Notes: generated from the sequence alone by a model not told the origin. A stretch of DNA of 63,286 bases, filler included, from Reticulomyxa filosa (GCA_000512085.1; 28 parts of 28 records of this genome joined end to end with filler, not necessarily neighbours in it), one strand, 5' to 3'. Shown: positions 25,823 through 38,515, counted from the whole stretch's first letter. Translations and numbers: made by a program.

Positions 25823-27515
25823 TATTTGTCATAGATGCATTACATTGATTTTTTTTTTTTTTTTNNNNNNNNNNNNNNNNNNNNNNNNNNNNNNNNNNNN
25901 NNNNNNNNTTAATTAATTAANNNNNNNNNNNNNNNNNNNNNNNNNNNNNNNNNNNNNNNNNNNNCTTCATCAACCAACTACTTCTTACTTCATTGCTTTT
26001 CTTACTTTCCTTTTTGTCATTTTGATTTATTATTAATTTACTTTGTTTTAATGAAAGTCAATCTCATTCGAGTAAAACCTTTTCGTATTACATTTAGTGT
26101 AGCTATTCACAGTAGACTCCCCACAATAAAGAAGAAACACAGTTTATGTGGAAATATATAACCACATGAAAAAATTACATAGTTGTTGTCAAAGGAAAAA
26201 TCATTGATGTTAGAAAATATCATAAATTATCATTTAAACCAGACCAAAGGAAAAGACCCAATCTTATGACAAAAAGAAAATGAAAGTCAATATGAAGACA
26301 ATAACTTTGAAATGATAATGAAAAAAATTAAATTGTAAGAAAATAAATTGCGTATGCAAATAAGCTATTGGAAATTGAACAAAAAAAGAAATATTAATTT
26401 GAAGATAAACCGAAACATAATTGAATATTTTTGTAGCAAATCACTAACTGTTATAATCACACTAGTTGATTTAAAGACATTACGATCGAAAGCATAATAC
26501 TGAAATTGTTGGTAAAAATATTAAAACAATATCAAATTTGAATGCAAACAAATTTCAAAAATATTTATGACACTGTATGTACATTCAGACTAACAAAGTG
26601 TCAGTAAATAGTAAATATATAATATTTAATTAATTATCTTTATTGAATCAGAAACTAAAAAATGATGAAGTTATATTTATATAATATAATGTATGCAAGC
26701 GAACAAAAAGCAAAATGAACAAAAATTATATATTAAATCAAATTCATGAATAATTCCAATAATTGTACAATATATGCGAATTTCTAATGTTAATAACTGA
26801 ATATATACATGCTTGATTAGACTAAAATTCATTGACATAAGTATCACTTATATACATTACGAAGGACTTATTTGCGCATAGCTATAATCAATTAAGGTAT
26901 TGCTTCTTTATTTCAACTTCAAGACATCTAACCTAATAAGCTTAGTTATACGTGACATCGTACGTGAACATCAAGTAAGAGTCAGAGTTTTAAAAGAACT
27001 TTCAAAGTTTGTTGTAGTGACAAAATAAAATTTAAAGTTTTTTCAAAACTTCGAAACTAATTTTCAAATTTAAAGTCTTTCTTTGACTTTGATCAATTTA
27101 GTTTCTTAATTAGTTATGTTTTCTTTTAATAGATTTTATCTTCTTTTGTCTTTTTTGCGTTCATTGTAGTCTCATCATACATTCTTTTTCTAAATCGCCT
27201 GTGGAGTATTCACGTTTATATCAAAAATCAAAAAGCATTTTTTATCATTTTCAATTCGAATGATGAAATGTTTCAAGTTTAATATTTGCATTGTGATAAC
27301 TGACTTTGTTTTTGCAATTACAGTATTTTTATTGCAAAATATGATATATCATACAAAGCCACAGTTGCCATCTTGTTATATTTTCTGCAACTGTTTTGCT
27401 ATTGTTATTTCTTCTCCAAATTTGTCACTTAAACAAGTCTTTTCAAAACAGCCACAAGCAACTTTTTGGCTTTAATTGGCCGATCCCTAAAAAAAAAACA
27501 CTTTGAAAGATCAAA

Positions 27516-28216
27516 ATGTCTTGCCCGTTTTCAGCAAAGAAAAGCGACACAACTCAGCGTTTGACCAAAGTCCTGGATCACTTGGAGCCGAACGTCGTAT
27601 CAGGACAAGCACAGAATGATTACGTGCGAAATTACCGTAAGCAACTGAAAGAGTGCCGTGACGAGCTATGGAAATTTATCGACAAGGAGAATTGCAATCC
27701 AATCCTTGTGCGACTGGCCTGGCATGACAGCGGTACATACGACCGCACGATAAGATCTTGGCCCACATGTGGAGGAGCAAATGGCAGCATTCGCTTTGAC
27801 ACCGAACTCAAGCACGGGGCCAATGCCGGTCTTGCTAAGGCAGTCAACTATTTGAAGCCGGTTTAGTGTTTGCTTTATTTTGTTGTCAGTCAGTCAGTCA
27901 GTCTTCTTTTTCAGTAAATGACACACATACACAAAACAGTTTAAGCAAAAGTATAAGGATGTGTCCTGGGCCGATCTGATCCAATTGGCTTCAGTGATCG
28001 CAATTGAACACGCAGGAGGTCCCGTCATCCCGATCCGCTTTGGTCGTGTGGACACAGCGGAAGAAAAAGAGTGTCCAAAGGAAGGCAACTTGCCGGCCGC
28101 CAACCCGCCATTTCCTGACAGTTCTCCAGACGCTGCTGTTCATTTGCGACGTGTCTTTTATCGAATGGGTTTTGATGACAAAGACATTGTTGCTTTGAGT
28201 GGCGCCCACACTTTGG
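27516..28216 (+). CDS. Class I heme peroxidase, chloroplast-type ascorbate peroxidase-like (exons 27516-27860, 27940-28216; 3'-truncated)
   Basis: Distal motif [49 protein letters not shown], proximal [11 protein letters not shown]. Confidence 0.92.
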
Positions 28217-28439
28217 GTTAAGTCTTTGAATTTTTTTTTTTTTTTTTTTTTTTTATATATCTTATTCATAATATGTGTTTAATCTAATGTCTCTTGCACC
28301 ATGGTGAGAGGAAGGAAAAAAAAAAAAAAAAAAAAAAAANNNNNNNNNNNNNNNNNNNNNNNNNNNNNNNNNNNNNNNNNNNNTTAATTAATTAANNNNN
28401 NNNNNNNNNNNNNNNNNNNNNNNNNNNNNNNNNNNNNNN

Positions 28440-29557
28440 ATGAACGTTTTGGACAAAGTTTTTTTTCAAAAAAAAACTAACTAATAAAACAAAAAAATTA
28501 TTACATATTGTAAAGTGAAACCCTACTGGATGTCAACAAAATTCAAATAAATCTTAAATTCCACTTTTTTTTTATCAATAACGGCTTACTTTCTTTGTTT
28601 GTCGTGTTTTTGGTGTTGAATCCACTGTTTATTCTTATTTATTTTAATTCCAGCAAAAAAACTTGCTAAAACAATAAATTCTTGTACAAAATATTCTTGT
28701 TTTAATTTCACTAATGATGTACTTGTATCAATTATTTCAATCTAAACTTTTTTACACATTTTTGTTTACTTTTTGACTTTTCTTTTTCTTTCAAGATCTT
28801 GCCCGAATCCTGGTTTTTACTTTACTCGGACTAATTCTACCATCTTATGTCTATGAAAAAGTACTATCTCGTTGTGGAATATGGGGTCGTGGTCGGTGAA
28901 GATGATATCATCTAGGTAAAAAACCGGTCCTAAGATTATTTTGGGTCAGAAAGTCATAAACTGCATTTATATATGAAGGAACTGTTTTTTGGTTGAGCAA
29001 ATTGAAGCCACCACGACACCATATTCCGCAACGAGATAGTCCTTTTTCATAGACATAAGATTGAATTGTATAACCTAGAATAAGTGATATATAACAAAAA
29101 ATAAGTTGATAAAGTAATGTAAAATCCAATATTCAAAAAATAATTGAAAAACAAGTACATGATTAGTCCGAGTAAAGTAAAAACCAGGATTCGGGCAAGA
29201 TCTTGAAAGAAAAAGAAAAGTCAAAAAGTAAACAAAAATGTGTAAAAAAGTTTAGATTGAAATAATTGATACAAGTACATCATTAGTGAAATTAAAACAA
29301 GAATATTTTGTACAAGAATTTATTGTTTTAGCAAGTTTTTTTGCTGGAATTAAAATAAATAAGAATAAACAGTGGATTCAACACCAAAAACACGACAAAC
29401 AAAGAAAGTAAGCCGTTATTGATAAAAAAAAAGTGGAATTTAAGATTTATTTGAATTTTGTTGACATCCAGTAGGGTTTCACTTTACAATATGTAATAAT
29501 TTTTTTGTTTTATTAGTTAGTTTTTTTTTGAAAAAAAACTTTGTCCAAAACGTTCAT
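28440..29557. repeat. Nested inverted repeat: 396-bp arms (28440-28835 / 29162-29557) plus 52-bp inner arms (28842-28893 / 29010-29061)
   Basis: Outer arms read as exact reverse complements by eye; inner arms differ at 3 positions; 14-bp palindrome AGATGATATCATCT at 28900-28913. Confidence 0.95.
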
Positions 29558-31314
29558 TAATAATTTCATCATTTCCTCGATCATTTCAACATTTCCTCAA
29601 TTATTTCAACAGCAACGATTCCTCATCAATAATCATACATCATTGATATTAATGTCTTTAAAACATGTTATTTTCTTTGTCTTTTGAGTTTTGAACTTTA
29701 TTACAAAAAGGATTTTAAATTGTAAATGTTGAATGAATAGTTGAAGTTTAAAAGTATTTCGACCATTGGCAGATTGGCAGACTGTGGATATGATGAAATA
29801 GAAGATGAAATGAAATGAAACCGAGCATAGCAAAGTAAATAAAACCGAACATAGCAAAAAATATGCTTGTAGCAAATGAGTACAACTTTTGTAAGCTGAA
29901 AAATTAGTACAAAATATTGACCTTTTTTTAGAAAAAAGATATTAATAATTTTGGCATTGCTTGCTTATTGTGTGGTGTGACCCAATACAAAAATAAATTG
30001 GTTGAAGAAGAAAATGGCAAAAAAAGCAGGAGCAGGACAGCGTCAATACTACATCTGCGAGAACACATTGGGGCTGGTAATAATGACAGCATTTCGTTTC
30101 AACTGGAAAGTGCAAAAGAATTCCTTGCAACAAAAATTGGAAAGAGTTTGCGTTTGCTCATTTACCAAATAGCAATTGATAGGCTTCATTTAATACGATC
30201 GTCATTCCCCGAGGACCTAAAAACATTTGTGGAAAGATATATGCATACCATTAGTGCCATTACAGTCTCATTATGTAAAAGTGGGAAAAAATGTAGGAAC
30301 ATTGTTATCCAAAATGTGGTGATGAGACAAAACACAAAGAATGGCTGGAATACGACAGTGACATATCTGCATTATGTGCTGTTTGGACCTCGAAACGTTT
30401 ATGGACATTTTTCTTTTTTTTAGATGAAAAGAATGTAATTTGTTAAATTGACAAAAAGGCAAAATATTGTAAAACAAGCACTCAAAGTTGAATGATGTCA
30501 ATTTAACCAACAAAACATTTGTAATCATCACACATTCGCATTGCTCACCTCTGTGCAGCTCAGAGGAATCCAAGGGTCCCTTTGGGACCACGCTCAGATT
30601 TTACAAGACTTCAGCAAATGATTGTATTATGCTTCGAAGGTAAATATCAATCAAATTAAAATGTACAAAAATCAACAATATCAGTCACCACCACTAACAA
30701 AATTAAACTAGATTATTGCAATCAAAATAAAATAAAACAAACATAAAATTTGTTGAAGCATTCCGGGCCTTGCTTGGAGCATTCGGCTCCTCGCGTACTT
30801 TTGGCACGGGCGTTCGGCATCAGCATGTTAATGAAATGCCTAGCTGTGACTTTAAACATTTTGTTACCCTTTGGCAACATTTGTTTGTTGCAGTTCATTT
30901 TGGGGGGTTTCGTCGGTTCAGTATCTAGTGTGACTGTGATATGTGGAAGTACTTTAAAACTTACGGCGTGCGTATCTTATCCTTAGTTGTTTTAGTGTAT
31001 TGTCCTGATAACTGAAAAAAAAAAATATATATATAATAATCCCCCTTTCATCATTGAAGGCAACCAAGCTTATAAAGGAAAAAAAACAAAGCCAACGCCT
31101 AAAAGGGAAGGACAACATGTCCAAATACATGCCCCCATGGCGAAAATGGCCGACATTACCAAAACTTTTCAAAACTTTTTCAAAAAGTTATAAAAAAAGC
31201 AAACTTTCGGCGGANNNNNNNNNNNNNNNNNNNNNNNNNNNNNNNNNNNNNNNNNNNNTTAATTAATTAANNNNNNNNNNNNNNNNNNNNNNNNNNNNNN
31301 NNNNNNNNNNNNNN

Positions 31315-31352
<38 letters not shown>

Positions 31353-31366
31353 ATAACTCCACATAG

Positions 31367-32458
31367 TTGGCACGGGAAAGTTTGCAAATGATAGAAAAGA
31401 TATTGCAGAAGATTGTAGAAAACCCAAAGGACCCCAAGTACCGTCGGTTCAACTTGGACAACCGAAAGGTTCATGCAAAAATCGAGACCCCGTTGGGAGC
31501 GATGCGTTTGTTGGAGCTAGTGGGGTTCGTCATCGTGCAAGACTCGGAGGAGACGCTGACAGGAGAAAAGCCGCCGCGCTATATGGTGTTGCAAGGGTCT
31601 GCGAGCACGAAGAGTCTGGAGCAAGTGTTGCACATGATGAGCAAGTATCTGACAGTGAAGGAGACCTTGGCCGCGCCTGTGTTGCGTAAACTGGAAGAAG
31701 AAGCAGCAGCAACAACAGCAGGATCAGAATCAGAATCAGAATCAAAGACAGCAACAAAACGAATAGATACAGAACAATTGTATTGTGCAGTAACGACATT
31801 GTACAATATAATTCGCAACTTGTTCATATCGCCGACGAGCGAGCACTTGCGATATATCAACATCGACGACCAGGTGTTCCAGCAAAGAGTAGGTTCGGTG
31901 AAGGAATTGATCGACATGCTACTGCAACTTGGATATGTGCGGAAAGAGTCGCCTCGAGGCACGTACTTGTGCTTTGAGTTTGACGACAAGTGCGGAGTGT
32001 CGTTGACCAGTGCCGTGCATCCACAGATTCGACTGCTGCAAGCGGTCGCCATTGACCTGTCCAACTCGGCCAAACGCATACTCCCACACACACCCATTGC
32101 CAAAGCTGTCTCCACCTTGCGTGGCTCACACAGCGGAGATCCCAGCAAGCAAGCCAACTTGGAAAAGGTCTTTGTGCTCTTGGAAAAAGCCCTCGATAAG
32201 GTCATTGAACAACCCTTGGACATGAACCTTCAAAGCATCTCTTTGGACAAGATCAAAGCCAAATATCCTGACGTCACTGGCGTCGTGTCGCTTCTCAAAC
32301 TCGTGGGCTTTGCGCGAAGCGACAAAAATATACTCACCAAGGACGATCAAGCCAAACAGGTCACCAAAATCGAAGCTATCTTTCAGCTGGATACTAATGA
32401 TTTCGATTTGCTGAGGATTCGAAGAGATATGCTGACCCTTTTGATTCACAACAAATAG
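31367..32458 (+). CDS. Protein with three tandem PUB (PUG) domains, 3' exon
   Basis: KILQKIVENPKDPKYRRFNLDN...GAMRLLELVGF; NIIRNLFISPTSEHLRYINIDDQVFQQRV...MLLQLGY; KALDKVIEQPLDMNLQSISLDK...GVVSLLKLVGF. Confidence 0.8.
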   Translation: MARESLQMIEKILQKIVENPKDPKYRRFNLDNRKVHAKIETPLGAMRLLELVGFVIVQDSEETLTGEKPPRYMVLQGSASTKSLEQVLHMMSKYLTVKETLAAPVLRKLEEEAAATTAGSESESESKTATKRIDTEQLYCAVTTLYNIIRNLFISPTSEHLRYINIDDQVFQQRVGSVKELIDMLLQLGYVRKESPRGTYLCFEFDDKCGVSLTSAVHPQIRLLQAVAIDLSNSAKRILPHTPIAKAVSTLRGSHSGDPSKQANLEKVFVLLEKALDKVIEQPLDMNLQSISLDKIKAKYPDVTGVVSLLKLVGFARSDKNILTKDDQAKQVTKIEAIFQLDTNDFDLLRIRRDMLTLLIHNK

Positions 32459-32600
32459 GCTCCCTTTTTTTTTTTTTTTTTATTTTTTTTTTTTTTTTTT
32501 NNNNNNNNNNNNNNNNNNNNNNNNNNNNNNNNNNNNNNNNNNNNTTAATTAATTAANNNNNNNNNNNNNNNNNNNNNNNNNNNNNNNNNNNNNNNNNNNN

Positions 32601-32638
<38 letters not shown>

Positions 32639-32640
<2 letters not shown>

Positions 32641-33700
32641 GTCACAGAAGTCATTGGTAAGCTTGGCATGGCATACATCAGAACCATCGATAATAGCGAT
32701 AGCAGACGATACAGGCTCGGTGATGATCTACCACATTCAAAACCCTGCTCACCTGACGCACAGAGTGAAGAGTCCAACGGGCGGATCGTTAGTGACGAAT
32801 GTGTCATGGCACCCCACTCTCGTGCGAATTCTGACAGTGTTGCACGACGACGGGACGGTGAAGGTGTGGGACTTGAAGCAAACGACAAAAGAGTTGTTTC
32901 GTCTGCAGCATGGCGACAACACTCGGAACATATCGTGGTCGTGGTGCAAGCACGACTTCAATGTGCTCATGACGTCGGGCGAAGACAAGAAAGGTGTGTT
33001 GTGGCGAGTGAACGAAGGCAAAGCCATCCACGAAATCACCTTTGACGAACACTACTTGCACATTGCATGGAATCCTTTGCGTCCGGGATACTTGGCCGGC
33101 TCGTCGTACGACGGCGATGTCTCCATTTACGAAATCAACTTTGCCGGCCCACAGGCATGTCCACCGTGGCTCGGTCGAAAGTGCGGAGCGACACTGGGCT
33201 TTGGTGGCAAGCTCTTTTCCTTTGGCCAAGAGTTTGGCGATCTCGTAAAACCCTCGTCCAACAGAGACGGCAAAAAACCAAAAAAGTTACCAAAGAGTTG
33301 CTGCCGCCAAGAATTCACGCCCAATATCTACCCGTCCAATCCTCCATGCTCGAGCGCGCTCAAGAGTTTCAACAAATTTTGAAGACGCTTAAATCTCCTC
33401 AAGATTTGCAGTCCTTTGCTGAACACAAAGTTTTTTTATATATTTTCAGTGGGGGCAAGGGGGGGGAGAGAGAGAGGAGGAGTATGTCGAAACTAAAATC
33501 CAACTTGTAACACATACACAGAATGCTAAAGATGGAACCATCGAGGCTCAGACCTGGGAAATGATCCAACTGTTTTATGACAAAGACTACCGAGACAAAA
33601 TGCTCGCCTATTTGGGATTTGCTCCTCTCGCAGATACCGCACAGCCTTCCCCGTTCCTATGACTCCATTGGAAACTTCCGATTCTGACAATGGCAGAGTT
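32639..33700 (+). CDS. SEC31: COPII outer-coat protein Sec31-like (internal fragment)
   Basis: WD40 repeats followed by PPWLGRKCGATLGFGGKLFSF (Sec31 PKWLxRPxGxSFGFGGKL) and later TWEMIQLFYDKDYRDKMLAYLGF. One apparent frameshift in A-runs near 33270-33290. Confidence 0.8.
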
Positions 33701-33959
33701 ACTGTTTTTATATCTTCTTTATATAAACAATTAAATAAATACATATACATATACATATATGTATAGGTATGTGTTGTATGTATGCATATAAATTCTTCAT
33801 TTTATTAATTTTGTTCTATATAAAAAAAATAAATAAAAAAATAAAAAAAANNNNNNNNNNNNNNNNNNNNNNNNNNNNNNNNNNNNNNNNNNNNTTAATT
33901 AATTAANNNNNNNNNNNNNNNNNNNNNNNNNNNNNNNNNNNNNNNNNNNNTATTGATGC

Positions 33960-35110
33960 AAAAATTGAAGCGCATTTTCACTGTTTCCGGGAAGGAGCTT
34001 CAACAGCACAGACAACAGTAATAGTGAATGAAGGCGCTCGCTAGAAAAAAATTTCAAAATAACGTATACTATTTTTATTATTTTTTTTGTTATCCTTTTT
34101 CCAAAACAAAAAAAAAAGATAAATTTACATAAAATGAATCGCGTGTTATGTATCAATGCGAAGAATCTACAAGTGACAGTGCAAAGTGGTTGTACGGTAA
34201 ATGCGATACGTCCGTACAGAATGATGTTTGAAAACATCCCATCGATAGTGATACAGCAAATGGGCGGTTTGGCGCAAGTGAGCGCACACGGAACGTGAAT
34301 GGACATAGGTTCTTGTAACACGCAAGTGGTGACATTGATTGCAAATAATCCATCCTTGTAATGCGCAGCAGACCTGTTTCCGTTTGTCCGCAGGGTCTGG
34401 GTAACTTGGGCGTGGTGATGCAAATGACCTTGCAATGCGTGAAGAGTCACAAGCTGAAGAAAGAAGTGCGCGTTTATTCGCACAAAAAGTTGACGAAGAA
34501 GATGGCCGATGACTCGTGGCTGCAAGCTCATCAACACTTGAAAATATTATGAACCCTGGTCGATGATGGTAATCGTTTTTTCAATGTAAGCGCAAGCAAA
34601 CACAACGCCGATTAATATTGCTTCAATGAGTTGTACAAGTATTACAATTCCAAAAAACAGTACTTTTGCGACCCTGTCATTACCATAAATATTCATTTGC
34701 CTCAAATTATGCTTCCATCACACTCAAAATATGCCCTTATCGTTCTCGATTTGTTACATTACATTCAAACTTGCAAATTCCTGCACGCAGTAAATTAGTC
34801 TTTTTTTAAATATGTACATATACATATAGAAAGTATACGTGGTTTTTTAAAAAAAACAATTTAAATAATAATGATTCCGGCATCTTCTTCCAATGAAAAA
34901 GGCAATTCATGCGGTTTGGAGTTTTGTTTTATTTGTCAACACAAGACCAAAAAATTCGAGGTGATATCATCAAGAACTTTGCTTTATATGAACGTGTGCT
35001 TGATTAGATAATCACCTTTGGTGGAGAAAAGCTTGCGCACATGGATTAATCAGACCCATTTTTGGAAATTTACCTTGTGGACAGCCAAAGCCAAAATCAG
35101 TTAGTCTACA
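33960..35110 (+). pseudogene. L-galactono-1,4-lactone dehydrogenase (aldonolactone oxidoreductase)-like pseudogene
   Basis: MNRVLCINAKNLQVTVQSG, QQMGGLAQVSAHGT* (TGA at 34296-34298), GLGNLGVVMQMTLQCVKSHKL and LQAHQHLKIL mirror plant GLDH; multiple stops and frameshifts. Confidence 0.75.
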
Positions 35111-35122
35111 AGTCCGAAGCAT

Positions 35123-36113
35123 GTGGTTATCACTTCACAAAAACTTTGTAACTCCGACTCAGAACGTCCACTGATTCTCAAGTTTTTTGCACTATTTCTC
35201 TTTTTTTTTTTTTATACAAGCAAATATATTTACAATTATCTTTTAATAAAATGTATTAAGTATATACTTCAAAGGCAAGTTGGAGAACCCAAAAAAGGCA
35301 AGAAGATTAGCGTTTTGAAATTTACTTAGTTCAAGTCACATTGTCTCATTCGTTTTTGGACCTTTGGCATGTAAGGTGAACATGTCACTGATTGTCGCCA
35401 TTGACTTCACGGAATCAAATGGCCACCTTTTGCACCCTCAAAATTTGCACTATTTGTTTCCCCAGTGCTCGCAATACCAGCAAGCCATTCGCACATTGGC
35501 AATATTGTGTCTTGGTATGACTCCGATCAACACTTTACTGTGTATGGATTTGTTAAGTGGAAGAAAAAAAAAATCATGTTTGGCATCTCATTTTTTTTTA
35601 ATTGTAGGGTGCAAAGATGCCAGAGGCTATCCATTATTTCAAAGAAACAAAGGCTTTGTTTAAAAAAAAAACAGTTAGAAACATCATATGTAAACTTTCT
35701 TTTTTTTTTTAACTTGAAAGAATTGTATTGGCGTCAAATAAGTGCTTGACATTGTCAATCATTATCGCTGGAGTTGGACTGGCCGTTTTACTCAAATGAA
35801 AGCATTGGATGCTGACAGCATAGCGGTGAAGAATTCGCAAGGTGAAGCTGCCAAACGTGACATTGTCCAATTTGTATCATTGCACGATTACTCGAAGCTG
35901 CTTAAGGACGCCAATGGCAATATCATTGGATTCACAGACACACGCTTCGCTGAACTTTCCAAAGAAGCTTTGAAGAAAATTCCACAAAAATTTGTGAGCT
36001 ATGTCAAACATCATGACTTATCGTCACAAAAGCCGATTCCTGCTGTTAACACATTACACACTATATATTTAATATGCGCGTATCAAGCAAAAATATTACA
36101 GTACAAATATTAG
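35123..36113 (+). pseudogene. Copine pseudogene (end of C2 domain plus vWA domain, internally deleted)
   Basis: LCNSDSERPL, LIVAIDFTESNG...LHY, frameshift to YDSDQHFTVYGF, then MKALDAD...AKRDIVQFV...LSKEALKKIPQKFVSY. Confidence 0.8.
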
Positions 36114-37403
36114 GCTTGCTTGACTTGGTTTGGGGGTTTTGAAAAATGTAGATTCGCAGTTTGTTGTTAGTGACTCGGACAATCATAACAACCCAGTTTT
36201 ATCTTGGTACCTAGCCTTCACTCCCTCCAGGCTGGCAAAAAGCATATGACACAGATTGTACTCCTTACTCATCTTCAGTTCATTTAAACCATTGCAGTTG
36301 TCCAAAAGTCGAATTTTTTCGACTATGAATTGGTGGTAATTAGTGTAATGTATTGTTGCTCGTCGGACTTGGACAATGAGCCAAAGTTTCACACATATCT
36401 CACATTTCTTTATCCAGTCGTCAATGTAATATTTGTTGACATTGAGACTCTTTTCATTGTTCTCTGCAATTTCGGAAAGGGTTCAATACACATATGATCA
36501 CAACGTTTGCCGGAAATTTTCTTCCTTCAAATTATGATCACAAAATACTTATTTGAACGCACCAACATCAGGATTTGTATTGATTTCGTTCAAAAATATC
36601 AAGTAATCCTTACATGAAATTCTTCTCACTTTTCAGAGATTGCAAATCTTGTTGCAACTGTTACACTCCGTGCCCACCGTGCAAATCAATTGATGTGGTT
36701 TTGCCACATCACTATATTTTAGTGCATTGTTTTATTCATTTTTATTGTTATTATTGTTGTTTGTTTTTTATTTTTCTTTATAAGCATTTTTTTAAAAAAA
36801 AGATTAACTGTTTCTCCCATAATCAAAACAGGAATTCCTGCTTTAATTCTAAAAATGTGGCCATAATCTTCAAAATATTGTCAAATGTCAATGCAAACTG
36901 TTTTTTGTTAGTACTATGTCAATGTTTTTGTTTCGTTGTCGCATCTTAGCAAAAAAAAAAAGCACTTAAAAGAAAATATGTATGTACGCATTCGTTTTTA
37001 CGTATTTATTTATGTGTAATTATGAAGTTATTTCTGTCTTTTTCGTAACTCAAATACTCAACAATTTTTCTTTCTTTGCATCTAGATCTTCCAAGTAAAT
37101 GCTTGCGATCGCAATAAAACTCTTTTTCGTTACAGATCATCTTCAAATTTGTACAATTTCCATGAGTACTGTTGACGGACAAATCGCCAAAATGTTGCAT
37201 CTCATGTTTATTGTTATTCAAATTAATCAACAGCAACGACAATGAGTGATCCATTTCCATTTCTAACGTTGTCAATTCCATATGCAATTGGGTCTTATAT
37301 ATANNNNNNNNNNNNNNNNNNNNNNNNNNNNNNNNNNNNNNNNNNNNTTAATTAATTAANNNNNNNNNNNNNNNNNNNNNNNNNNNNNNNNNNNNNNNNN
37401 NNN

Positions 37404-38515
37404 GATTTGTTACAGGTGTTCTATTCACACGCAGACCTATCGTACCACTTGACAAAAACAACTTATGACAGCGGCCTTCAAATCAACATTGGCACAAAAA
37501 CAGAAAGAAAAATACGTTGCAGAATGGATAAATTCAGTTTTGATTTTTCTATTTGTCTGTTTGTTTTGGAGCTGTCGCAATTATTGCGTGCATATGTGTA
37601 ACATATTTGAAAATATAAAAGAGGTTGATCTACCACTATGGTGGGTTCCTTCGCTCAATAATGTCACACGCATGCCCACTGATGCAAAGAAAAGTAGCTT
37701 GGCTGCATCGATGCTTCAAGACTTGGATAATCCAGACATTTCTGGAAAGTATGAAGTGGTAGCCATTTATCAGATACAAAACCAAATCATTTGGAAACAG
37801 GTTAAAATCTGCTTTTTTTTGTAATTTCGCAGTCACTCTCAAATAAATGTTGCTTTTATTTTAGCTCACTCTAGTTTTTTAACTTGTTTTTTTACAAACT
37901 TTCGGTGTCTGTGTGGTGGCAACACGACGGGAAAAAAATACATAGCATAAAGGGGTGGAACAGCTCTGGCTTCACAGGAAATATCTGACAGATAGTTCTC
38001 GACCACGAACATTGTGGTTCGGTAAGTGTATTTTTTTTTCTTCGTTTTTGCAATGTGATACAATGCATACACGCACAATTTTTGCAAACATTGCAAATTT
38101 TGCTAAAATATATAACTGACAAAGGTGAGACAGCTCAATTGGTTGCAAAGATTATAATTCAAGGCTTTATTCAACAATTTGCCAAGAAAACAAGTCTTGG
38201 AACGTATGTTCAATCTTATTTTTAAATAAACTCAGTCAAAAAAATACATAAATCCACATATAAAACAGGGGGATCCATGCCTCGCCAATCCTGGAAAAGG
38301 TGCTTAAAAATGCAAAATTTGATGATCAGGATGGATGTACACACTTGCTGTGTTGCCAGCTCATATGTGAAAAGCTTGTTCAGCCCAATAAAGATCGTAT
38401 AATTGAACCAGGACAGACTATTGTAGATCATCTCAAAAATCAAAATATTTTTGTAAGTAAGTTCGATCATCAGGCCTGTCCATTGCTTGAGGTGATCTTA
38501 AAAAAAATAAAATGA
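37404..38515 (+). CDS. Divergent PARP catalytic-domain-like protein, multi-exon, possibly a pseudogene
   Basis: YEVVAIYQIQNQIIWKQ, IIIQGF, GIHAS, HLLCCQLIC and TIVDHLKNQNIFVSKFDHQACP follow the order of PARP-fold motifs. Confidence 0.5.

Noticed and set aside
28842-29061. DGR template/variable repeat pair
   Set aside because: Mismatches are not adenine-specific on either strand, and there is no RT.
33265-33300. Programmed frameshift in Sec31
   Set aside because: Falls in A homopolymers, in an assembly that repeatedly breaks at homopolymers; an indel error is more likely.
27516-35110. APX and GLDH as a physical ascorbate gene cluster
   Set aside because: They lie on different contigs separated by several spacers.
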